Below are positions 33,765 through 41,744 of a DNA stretch of 64,000 nt, piece after piece; position 1 is the first letter of the stretch, and each line of letters starts with the position of its first letter. The notes beneath the pieces were generated by a model that was given only the letters and a program-made list of their open reading frames with translations, had not been told where the DNA came from and made no database searches. The translations under genes were made by a program, and so were the position numbers. This stretch comes from a virus. Taxonomy: Duplodnaviria; Caudoviricetes. The stretch is taken from positions 64,001-128,000 of the IMG/VR virus record IMGVR_UViG_3300030419_006251; one strand, given 5' to 3'.

Positions 33765-34079
33765 TTATATGTATATCCCTAGTTTGTGCATCATCTGATG
33801 CATCGCTTCCCAAACAGATTCAGGCAAATGTCCGGCTTCGTGAGCTTCTACTACAAGATGATAAGCATCTTGGTATTGCTCTCTTTCTGCGCGAGTGAGT
33901 TCTACTTCTAATTGTTCTTTGATCGTCAGTTTGTCAAGCTCTTCTGCTACAAGCTGCTTAAGTTCAAAGCCTTTTACTTTAATTTTCGCTTCGTTCTTTT
34001 CCTTTTCTTCCCAATCGTTAGCCATTTCAGGCTCGTTGGCATGCATCCATCTTCTTTGTTTTTCAGATTTGAATGGCAT
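33765..34079 (-). CDS. Hypothetical protein (MPFKSEKQRR N-terminus plus internal MKITK-like motif)
   Basis: MPFKSEKQRRWMHANEPE followed by KIKVKGFELKQLVAEEL. Confidence 0.65.
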   Translation of the reverse strand: MPFKSEKQRRWMHANEPEMANDWEEKEKNEAKIKVKGFELKQLVAEELDKLTIKEQLEVELTRAEREQYQDAYHLVVEAHEAGHLPESVWEAMHQMMHKLGIYI

Positions 34080-34765
34080 TATTTATCAAGCCCTTTTCCG
34101 CCCGTAGTTCCATCGAGAAGGGCCTGCAACTGCCCTAGGGCGCCCTCTGCATCTCCTTGCTTCAGCTTGCGCACAGCCTCCTCTACGGTCGATCTAAGCA
34201 CATCTTCGTAGGAAGGTTCTCCCATACTGGGATCATGTATAATGTCTTGACCACCAAGCTGGGCCATGGCGCTTTGACCTTGTTCTGTTAAATAATAAAG
34301 CTCTTCAGAAATAATACTTGAAAGCGATTGTTTTGTGAATTTGACTTTTCTATGCTCTCCAAGTCCAATTGCTACCGGCTGAGAAGGCATCAGTTCATAT
34401 TCCAGAAAGCTTCGGACAGAGTTAAGATAATCGGAGGCTTTCGTTAATTTAGACTGGACCCATGCTTGTAATTCGTCGTCCTCACTCACCAATCCTTTGA
34501 GCATACCGGCATTTTGCATAATCTGCTGTAGTTGTGATAAGGCCATTCTTCCTTCGTGATCATGATGATCATCAGACATAGACATATCGCCGCTTCCAGC
34601 ATATGAGGGGTGCTGTACTGCCGGTCCGTGTCCCATTGAGCCGTGTCCCATGTCCGGCATCATTTCTACATGACCTTGCATTGACATGTCGCCGCAGCCA
34701 CCCTCGGCTAATCTTGCTTTTTCTTCAGCAATAAGCTGTTTAAGTTGTGTTTTTGTGATTTTCAT
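34079..34765 (-). CDS. MKITK-family protein with His/Met-rich segment
   Basis: MKITKTQLKQLIAEE leader, GHVEMMPDMGHGSMGHG...DDHHDHEG segment and a second leader-like KVKFTKQSLSSIISEEL. Confidence 0.7.
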   Translation of the reverse strand: MKITKTQLKQLIAEEKARLAEGGCGDMSMQGHVEMMPDMGHGSMGHGPAVQHPSYAGSGDMSMSDDHHDHEGRMALSQLQQIMQNAGMLKGLVSEDDELQAWVQSKLTKASDYLNSVRSFLEYELMPSQPVAIGLGEHRKVKFTKQSLSSIISEELYYLTEQGQSAMAQLGGQDIIHDPSMGEPSYEDVLRSTVEEAVRKLKQGDAEGALGQLQALLDGTTGGKGLDK

Positions 34766-34768
34766 TTT

Positions 34769-35032
34769 CTATTCCCCTAATCCGTAATCTCGGCAAGGTT
34801 CGGCATGTCGTCTACCCACAAGCTTACCGCCCATTGCTTCATCAGCGGCCCTTAACGCGTCTTCGGCTTCCTGCGGCCAGTAGTTTTTCATTTTTTGACA
34901 ATCTTCGCCTGCCTCTATGAAAGCCTTCCTCTTTGCTTCCATCAGCTTGTGATAGTCGGAAGGGGGCGGTGCCATCGTTTTTTCAAGCTCTTCCTTGATA
35001 ATCTGCCTGAGTTGTGATTTTGTGATTTTCAT
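34769..35032 (-). CDS. MKITK-family small protein
   Basis: MKITKSQLRQIIKEEL leader, coupled to its neighbours. Confidence 0.7.
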   Translation of the reverse strand: MKITKSQLRQIIKEELEKTMAPPPSDYHKLMEAKRKAFIEAGEDCQKMKNYWPQEAEDALRAADEAMGGKLVGRRHAEPCRDYGLGE

Positions 35033-36477
35033 TTTCTATGAGTCCCATAAGGTTTTAGAGCAACATCTCTCATTCTTTTAAAAGGATCTTGGGATTCTTT
35101 CATTTTTTTGCTGGGGCCGGTTTGACTTTCATACAAATCTCGCCTTGGTGGAGCGCTTGCGCCTCCAGGAGGCCGGTTATGGACTGGATGGCCACCGGGG
35201 GGCGGTTGATATCCGTCATAATAATTCTGACTAGGGTCAGTGGAAGACAGGCCCCAAACCATAGGTGAAGTTTGGCCTTTGGGTACGCGCTGGTGAAATT
35301 CCACGCGGTTTCCAACTTGAGTGGGAATGATGGCCGATCTGTATCCCCCGCCGGCCGGAACATCGTCAATATGAATACAACCTCCCGGACGGTCGGCGCA
35401 ATGGGCAGGTGCGTCCGGCCGGACTGGCTCGGACTCAGATGCCGCTGACAATCTGGCCATACAATCCATCATACTCTCTCCGGGCATGTTGTCATCCGGA
35501 CACCTGAAGCCCGGGCCATTCTCATTGATTATCTGCATAATCGCTTCCACAATCTCGTCTGATGTGGGCTCGACTTGCTCACTGACCCATCTCCCGGTTG
35601 CCTTGTTTGCAACATCTGATCGCTCAAACTTGCCAGCTTTTGTATTTGGACCATGCTCTTGATTCTTTTTGCCTCGATTCTTTTTGGCGCCCATATCTGT
35701 GGCCTGGTTTGCAATGTCTGCTCGATCTATCTTACCAGCCTTTGTATTTGGGCCGTGACCTTTGGTGTTCTTATTTTTCTTTTGCGGAGCGCCTAAATCT
35801 TTAACCTGATTTGCGATATCTGTTCGGTCCATCTTGCCGGCCTTCGCACTAGGTCCATTTCTTTTGCTCGCTTCGCCTAATAAGCTTATAAATTCTTGTT
35901 TAATGATCTTATTTAACGATCCATATGATCCATAGTATCCGTCGCCTACAGGAGCAGGAACATGCCTTCTCTCATAGAGATCTCGCTTAGCGCCGGATAC
36001 ACTAGTCGTCTTCGCCCCTTTCAGGCCTAGGCCTTCAAGTTCTTTTCTACTTCCATAGTAACCTCTAACCATATCATCGTATAAGTCTTGCGCCGGGCTT
36101 TCACCGCGTGTGGCGCCACTTGTCCAGTCCTTGTCGCCGTAGCGAGAATCATCGAAGAACATGAGTTCATAGTTAAACCCCTCGGGATTCAATTCATGAA
36201 ATCTTTCGACAGCCTGTCGGGGAGAAAACTCTCCTTCATGGCCGGCCGGTATATAGGTTCGTTCGCCGCCCGGAAATGGCATGTCAACCCAGGGCAGATC
36301 AGGCATAAGATTCCACAAAGGACCATATACTTGCTGATCGAAGGTGTTAACCGGATCCGCTTGTTGTTGGGCCGGATCCGCTTGTTGTTGGGCCGGATCC
36401 GCTTCTTGTTGTTCGTTCAGAAAATATCTTGCGTTTATTCCCTTCTTGTTTTTTGTTGGTTTGCCCCATCTACTCAT
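35029..36477 (-). CDS. 482-aa low-complexity repeat-containing hypothetical protein
   Basis: QQ(Q/E)ADP x3, a ~34-aa basic repeat GP..KAGK..R.D.AN x3, and a Pro/Gly-rich tail. Confidence 0.7.
   Translation of the reverse strand: MSRWGKPTKNKKGINARYFLNEQQEADPAQQQADPAQQQADPVNTFDQQVYGPLWNLMPDLPWVDMPFPGGERTYIPAGHEGEFSPRQAVERFHELNPEGFNYELMFFDDSRYGDKDWTSGATRGESPAQDLYDDMVRGYYGSRKELEGLGLKGAKTTSVSGAKRDLYERRHVPAPVGDGYYGSYGSLNKIIKQEFISLLGEASKRNGPSAKAGKMDRTDIANQVKDLGAPQKKNKNTKGHGPNTKAGKIDRADIANQATDMGAKKNRGKKNQEHGPNTKAGKFERSDVANKATGRWVSEQVEPTSDEIVEAIMQIINENGPGFRCPDDNMPGESMMDCMARLSAASESEPVRPDAPAHCADRPGGCIHIDDVPAGGGYRSAIIPTQVGNRVEFHQRVPKGQTSPMVWGLSSTDPSQNYYDGYQPPPGGHPVHNRPPGGASAPPRRDLYESQTGPSKKMKESQDPFKRMRDVALKPYGTHRK
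36351..36413. repeat. 21-bp tandem repeat x3 (CCGGATCCGCTTGTTGTTGGG)
   Basis: Two identical copies and one slightly degenerate copy. Encodes QQQADPA on the minus strand. Confidence 0.92.
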
Positions 36478-36821
36478 CAGTATTGTTCTCCTTGTTCAAA
36501 ATCGCGAAATTCATCTTCTATTATAGTAGGTAAATCTACAAAACTAGGCAAATTCAAGCCTTCAATAAAGTTGCTAGCTGCAGAATCAATAACATCTGCA
36601 ACTTCTTTATACGCTGATTCTTTATTGAAAGATGGGTGCTCTTTATATTCGTCAATTACTGCAAAAGATAGATCTCGCATTGCTTGCTGCAACTTTTCAA
36701 TTAAGTCATCGTACCCGCGATTCATGTCTTCTGGGTAGTAGTCATCGGCCGGCGGCTCATTCTGCTCTCTTAGCAATTCTTCGCTTATGAGCTGTCGCAA
36801 CCTATTTATAGTTGTCTTCAC
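36477..36821 (-). CDS. MKITK-family acidic protein
   Basis: MKTTINRLRQLISEELL leader. GTG start with AAGGAG upstream and ACTATTTA at 36868-36875. Confidence 0.65.
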   Translation of the reverse strand: MKTTINRLRQLISEELLREQNEPPADDYYPEDMNRGYDDLIEKLQQAMRDLSFAVIDEYKEHPSFNKESAYKEVADVIDSAASNFIEGLNLPSFVDLPTIIEDEFRDFEQGEQY

Positions 36822-36840
36822 TGATATGACTCCTTTTATT

Positions 36841-37779
36841 TTAGATCTGCATTAATGCTTTCTTCAATAAATAGTCGCCTTGTGTGATAAAAGTTGCATT
36901 TTCTTTTCGTTCTTTAAACCTTTCCTTTGTCATTACCCCAACATCTTCATATCCTGTTGTATCAACTTTATATGTCTCAATCCCATATTTTAATAAAAGG
37001 TTAATAATTTTGGCCTCTTTTTTCTCTGCGTCGGCGTCGAGAGCTAAATAAACGGGCGTATCGTTTTTAACTATTTTATGAAAAAGCTTTGAGTTTTCGC
37101 GGAGCGTAGAACCAAGCAACGGAATTGCGTTTGGGCCTGCCTGTATTGCATCAAATATGCCCTCTGTAATGACCAAATCATCATCCCAATCAATATACAA
37201 CTCATTAAAGCAAATATCGCGAGAAACTGGTGGGTTTTTATACCTTTTTGGACTCTTGTTGTAAGATCTGGCGACAAAATAGTTAACATAACCCTCTTCA
37301 TTAAAACTGGGAATCACAATTCTTCCTGCATATGCTCCCTTTACACAATATCCGATCTTCCAGTGCAGAATATCTCTTTTAGAAATATCTCTTTTGGTTA
37401 AATACTTTAATGCCGAGAGAGCCGTAAACGGAGTTGAGCCATTGGCCAACGATTCAAATTCTTCCGGTAGCCTGATCTTCTGCTCTTGTTGCTTAACTTC
37501 ATCTTTTCCAAACAACACTCTGTCAAACTTGTTGATGTCGACTGTATTAGAAAGCTCGTCCCACCTCTGAAGCTGTTTATAATCTCCATATCGGCGTACA
37601 ATGCGGCGGATATCGCGGCCTGTTGTGTCGCAAACCCAGCATTTAAACACATTTTTCGCAAAATTAATAGACATTTTACGCTTTTCATGTTTGCAATACG
37701 GACAGAAAAATAGCACCTCATCATTTGATTTAAAGCTATTTCCTAAAATTTTAGTAATGATTTTGATTTTTTCATGCAT
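36841..37779 (-). CDS. dnaG: DNA primase (DnaG-like, zinc finger + TOPRIM)
   Basis: CPYC.H...S.N....FKCWVC zinc-binding domain, GRIVIP catalytic core, TOPRIM TEGIFDAI and LDAD motifs. Confidence 0.9.
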   Translation of the reverse strand: MHEKIKIITKILGNSFKSNDEVLFFCPYCKHEKRKMSINFAKNVFKCWVCDTTGRDIRRIVRRYGDYKQLQRWDELSNTVDINKFDRVLFGKDEVKQQEQKIRLPEEFESLANGSTPFTALSALKYLTKRDISKRDILHWKIGYCVKGAYAGRIVIPSFNEEGYVNYFVARSYNKSPKRYKNPPVSRDICFNELYIDWDDDLVITEGIFDAIQAGPNAIPLLGSTLRENSKLFHKIVKNDTPVYLALDADAEKKEAKIINLLLKYGIETYKVDTTGYEDVGVMTKERFKERKENATFITQGDYLLKKALMQI

Positions 37780-37785
37780 GCTATT

Positions 37786-37814
37786 AATATAGCCTTATTG
37801 GTGCGAATTGTCAA
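37786..37814 (-). promoter_or_regulatory. Sigma70-type promoter TTGACA-17-TATATT for primase (probably leaderless)
   Basis: Perfect -35 inside the resolvase 3' end, 17-nt spacer, 5/6 match at -10. The ATG begins 6 nt after the -10 and there is no SD. Confidence 0.72.
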
Positions 37815-38322
37815 GTCTAATTCCACCAAGCGCAACAATTACAGCATCAGCCCTATCATCTGTACCGGGTTGTGGATTTCCATGTCTAGTATATTCAAAT
37901 TTAAACTGATCTTTGTATTCGTCTTTGACCCATTCAATAATGATTTTTTTGGCATTTGTGCCGCGTGGGACTTTTATATTTAACTTAGATCTTGCAGAAC
38001 GAGGATTTACCATAGTTGGTTGCATGTCAAAAACTCTATAAGCAATATATGCACACATTCCATTAAATCTTTGCAGCTTTGCCATCGTTTGAGCGGTAGT
38101 TTTGCCGCCCTTGAACATCATAGCCGGTTGTTCAATATATACACTATATGGCACATACGCTTTTTCAATTTCGCGTAGGCGCTTTTCGAATTTGTTTGCG
38201 CGTTCTTCAAGGCTTATATTAGTTTTGAATTTAATCACTTCGCTTAATAGAATATTTTCATCTTTATCTAATACAGCGATACCAATCTTTGAAGAACTTA
38301 TATCAAGTCCTATTGTTTCCAT
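37795..38322 (-). CDS. ruvC: RuvC-like Holliday junction resolvase
   Basis: IGLDISS..IG (catalytic Asp), YIEQP (Glu) and DDRADA (Asp pair), the RNase H-fold resolvase pattern. Confidence 0.82.
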   Translation of the reverse strand: METIGLDISSSKIGIAVLDKDENILLSEVIKFKTNISLEERANKFEKRLREIEKAYVPYSVYIEQPAMMFKGGKTTAQTMAKLQRFNGMCAYIAYRVFDMQPTMVNPRSARSKLNIKVPRGTNAKKIIIEWVKDEYKDQFKFEYTRHGNPQPGTDDRADAVIVALGGIRLDNSHQ

Positions 38323-39522
38323 CTAAAAATCTAATTTTAATTTAAAAGTATACTCTTGATCTTCTTTCTTTTTAACAGGTGTGGCTAGGTTTGCAACGCC
38401 AATCAAATTTTTGTCTTCATCATATATACCAATTTTTGTTATGTATGTCTGTCTTTCGAAATTTGACTCTTCATAATCATAATAAGAAGAAGATACCGTA
38501 TTTTTTATCAACATATCTGGGCTTTCCTGAAATTGATATGAACTGGTAGTTGGGTTGAGAGAACCCGTTTGTCCATATACTAAAAATGTTGGATTATTTG
38601 AATAGTTTAACTCTCCTACCTCGGCATGTGCCAACATAGTCAACACTGGAGTGTATGTTGTTCCGCTAAAATGTAGATCATAACTTGCGCTGATAATTGG
38701 AGGGTTTGCCCCTGCGGCAGATACTCCATCATTTGCGCCGGTACCCCAAAAAATCCACGACGATTTCTTCAAATTAGTAGAATCATCGATGTAATCTCTT
38801 TCTATTGTTGAGTCGTTCTCTATGGTCCAGGCACCGGTTAAGACTAAGAACCCTTCACTATAAAGTACTACGCCGGCGACGGATGCAGATCCTGGGGAAC
38901 CCACCGGACCGACTTGAATCAGTTCACCATTTTTGTTTTCATCTCGTAGTTCCCCAATAAGTGTACCAGTCATATAATATTTTAAACTTACTGAGCCTTT
39001 TTGTATAGCTGAACCATAAAAAATAGACGGTATGCTGATTAAGGAAAGATCTTGTGTATCCTTGTCTCCATAGCTAGATGAGTACTGATAATGTGGACTC
39101 AACGGTCTATAGTGATTTAGTGTGTTTTTCAACGCCTTAATATGCTTACGCGCGGTGTCAACAATATAATCCCTTCTTATACTAGCAGAGAGGGGATAGT
39201 CTCCAGAAATAGTGTCGCCATAGCCAAAATCGCTGTTAAAAGAGGTCGTAGATACCGTCTTAAATGCGCTCAAAGAACCATCTTTTGTTATAAAAGGATA
39301 TATTATCCCAGTATCAGAAGTGGTGCGATCTACATTAAGTTCGTATAAACTAATGGTACCGGGGCCCTGAGCGCTGTTTGGCGTAAAATCAGTAAACGCG
39401 CCAGAAATCGGTATTTCTTTATTATAATATATGCTCCCACTGTGTATAAAGAATTCACATGATGGGTGTGCCTTTATAACATTTCGAAATATATCATTTT
39501 GTTTGAATTTGTAAATCGGCAT
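38323..39522 (-). CDS. Virion structural protein (baseplate/tail-collar-like C-terminus)
   Basis: C-terminal YITKIGIYDEDKNLIGVANLATPVKK...FKLKLDF, paralogous to the adjacent gene. Confidence 0.65.
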   Translation of the reverse strand: MPIYKFKQNDIFRNVIKAHPSCEFFIHSGSIYYNKEIPISGAFTDFTPNSAQGPGTISLYELNVDRTTSDTGIIYPFITKDGSLSAFKTVSTTSFNSDFGYGDTISGDYPLSASIRRDYIVDTARKHIKALKNTLNHYRPLSPHYQYSSSYGDKDTQDLSLISIPSIFYGSAIQKGSVSLKYYMTGTLIGELRDENKNGELIQVGPVGSPGSASVAGVVLYSEGFLVLTGAWTIENDSTIERDYIDDSTNLKKSSWIFWGTGANDGVSAAGANPPIISASYDLHFSGTTYTPVLTMLAHAEVGELNYSNNPTFLVYGQTGSLNPTTSSYQFQESPDMLIKNTVSSSYYDYEESNFERQTYITKIGIYDEDKNLIGVANLATPVKKKEDQEYTFKLKLDF

Positions 39523-39529
39523 CTCATTT

Positions 39530-39537
39530 TAATTAGT
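39530..39537 (-). promoter_or_regulatory. ACTAATTA candidate late promoter
   Basis: Intergenic, 8 nt upstream of the ATG at 39522. Confidence 0.45.
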
Positions 39538-39555
39538 ATATGTTTAAAGATCCGA

Positions 39556-40716
39556 TTAGTAATCTAATCTAACGCGTAGTGTTAATTCTGTTGTCGGATC
39601 TTTCTTAAGGGGTTCCGACAATTTTGCAACAGCCAACAATTCATTATCTGCAGAGTATAGTCCAACGGTAGTAATGAAGGACACCGGAGCGTCGGATCTG
39701 GTATTTTTTACTCTAATCGCACTAGAACTCATGTATGTCGGGTTGGCACTATAATTGAAATCATTGTGATTGACCCTACAGAAGTAGATTGTAGAGTTGA
39801 GTTCCGTAGTGTTGTTAAATTGTAGGTTATATATCCTTCTTCTAAAACTATCTGCGGCGCCGGAGATTTGTGATGCTGTCAACTGTTGCCACGAACTCAT
39901 CTTGCCCTGTCCGTCTGCTGCGCCATGCGGATCCATGATCACTGTGCTTGTGTTATTGAAATGATAGGTGCCGCTATAATTTCCCGAATCAGAGAGCAGA
40001 CCTCCATCATCATCTGAATTAAACACAGAAGCTGAAATTACTGCAATACCTGCCTGGTAATATAAAAGGCCGCATTTAACATTTTCAGCCTTAAGTGCAC
40101 TACCTTGCGAGTTGACAGCTTCAAGAATGCCATACTCGCCAGCGGGAGAATTAACACGGAAATCGTTAGAAGCAGATGCATCATGAATTCGAATTCTCTT
40201 ACTAGTAAACGGATCCGTATGGCCCGCGTCACCCGGGGTTACTCCCAGTTCCAACTCAAATGTACCTTTCTTGATCTCATCTTTAACGAGCAGTCTAGAC
40301 AAATTAACGAAATAACACGCATCAATTTTTGTTCCGCCGGCGAGAATATCGCCGTCTTCATCAAATCGTTGAATTGACCCGCTATGATCGTATCCCATAA
40401 GCACTTGAGCCATTTGGTTATAAACATTAACCTTTTTGCCATTTTGTGTATTTGTGGATGCAGAAAGAGTTGTACCAGATGTGTATCCGGGAGCCTGCGT
40501 AGAATATCCACATGTAATGTCGAAGATGTGGTTTGCGGAAGAACTCAAATAAGGATAATCATATGTGCTTTGGAACATAGCATGTGCATAATTTTTAATA
40601 TTATTCTCATCATAAGTTCCAGAAACTATTGTACCCGTTATAGGAATTGCCTCATGTAATAGTGTCCGAGTCGACACCACATCGTTATTTGTTAAAGTCT
40701 TATATGTTGTAGCCAT
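39556..40716 (-). CDS. Virion structural protein (baseplate/tail-collar-like C-terminus)
   Basis: C-terminal FITTVGLYSADNELLAVAKLSEPLKKDPTTELTLRVRLDY. Shares FNYS.NPT and G...Y..G..V motifs with the 38323 gene. Confidence 0.68.
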   Translation of the reverse strand: MATTYKTLTNNDVVSTRTLLHEAIPITGTIVSGTYDENNIKNYAHAMFQSTYDYPYLSSSANHIFDITCGYSTQAPGYTSGTTLSASTNTQNGKKVNVYNQMAQVLMGYDHSGSIQRFDEDGDILAGGTKIDACYFVNLSRLLVKDEIKKGTFELELGVTPGDAGHTDPFTSKRIRIHDASASNDFRVNSPAGEYGILEAVNSQGSALKAENVKCGLLYYQAGIAVISASVFNSDDDGGLLSDSGNYSGTYHFNNTSTVIMDPHGAADGQGKMSSWQQLTASQISGAADSFRRRIYNLQFNNTTELNSTIYFCRVNHNDFNYSANPTYMSSSAIRVKNTRSDAPVSFITTVGLYSADNELLAVAKLSEPLKKDPTTELTLRVRLDY

Positions 40717-40730
40717 TTAATTTTTTCCTG

Positions 40731-41669
40731 TTAGCCCACTAGTTTAATAAATCTTACAGGCACATCAATAGAATATCCTGTTGTTGCACCTTGAACTCTT
40801 ACAGTAGAGTCAATATAATATACTTCTGATGTCGTAGCACCGTCAGCTTGGAGCATATTTGTGGTGCTACCCAACCTTGTAAACAAATAATTGCTTGTAT
40901 TAAGCTCCAAAGATGCTTGGAGCCTGAACTCAAGTTTTGTACCGCGCGGGCCGGCGATAGTTTCCGTTGAGGTTTCTGTAGTTCTTTCTGTGTTTTCCGT
41001 AACAAACTCAAGATCTGTTCCCAGACTTAAATAATATGACGCGATGTTATCATCGTCAACAAACGATACCGTTGCAATATTGTCGTTTATAGATCTAAAA
41101 TTTCCAAATCTATTATCTATCTGGAGCATGTACTGAGTTTCGACTAAATCTGCGTCCAATGCTTGAACTGGTGAAATAATTGGGTTTCCACTTGAATCTT
41201 TAGCATCGATGCCTTGATCGATCCTAATATGATAGGGACTGTTGCGAGAAGCTCCATATACCAAACCATCAATTCGGTATGAACCTCCAGTGAAAGCCTT
41301 TTCTGTTGCCGAATCGACTGCGATTAGATATGTCCCTGCTGAATTCTGCGCAGTATTAGAAATAAGAGTATTCAATTTTAACATTGGCATATAAAGCAAA
41401 TCATTTCTAGAAATTGAAATTAAGTGCGACTTCATAGAAGATGCGTTGTTAGTAAAAGCTTCAAGCACCGGAGTTTGTAGAATTTCTAAATCATAATATG
41501 CCGAACCACTGGCGTGAGTTTTGTTATAATTTTCGTAGTTTATTTCGTCATCGCCAAGTGCAAATTTTACAATTTTAAACGATCCGTCTGCTCGGGCTAG
41601 CCTCATTCTCCCAGTATCAGTTAAAACTGCGTCGAGGACGATATCGCCCGAATTATCTAAAAATGCCAT
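40731..41669 (-). CDS. Virion structural protein (tail-collar-like N-terminus)
   Basis: N-terminal LDAVLTDTGRMRLA...FKIVKFALGDDEINY. SD AGGAG and ACTAATTA at 41691-41698. Confidence 0.65.
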   Translation of the reverse strand: MAFLDNSGDIVLDAVLTDTGRMRLARADGSFKIVKFALGDDEINYENYNKTHASGSAYYDLEILQTPVLEAFTNNASSMKSHLISISRNDLLYMPMLKLNTLISNTAQNSAGTYLIAVDSATEKAFTGGSYRIDGLVYGASRNSPYHIRIDQGIDAKDSSGNPIISPVQALDADLVETQYMLQIDNRFGNFRSINDNIATVSFVDDDNIASYYLSLGTDLEFVTENTERTTETSTETIAGPRGTKLEFRLQASLELNTSNYLFTRLGSTTNMLQADGATTSEVYYIDSTVRVQGATTGYSIDVPVRFIKLVG

Positions 41670-41690
41670 TTTATAGTGTCTCCTGTTAAA

Positions 41691-41698
41691 TAATTAGT
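41691..41698 (-). promoter_or_regulatory. ACTAATTA candidate late promoter
   Basis: 22 nt upstream of the ATG at 41669. Confidence 0.55.
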
Positions 41699-41744
41699 AT
41701 TTTAGTTTATAAATGTCTTATTTTTTTAAATTCAAATTGCATCA

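Noticed and set aside
36351-36413. 21-bp direct repeats as a possible mini-CRISPR or iteron array
   Set aside because: Repeats are contiguous with no spacers and are in frame inside a CDS.
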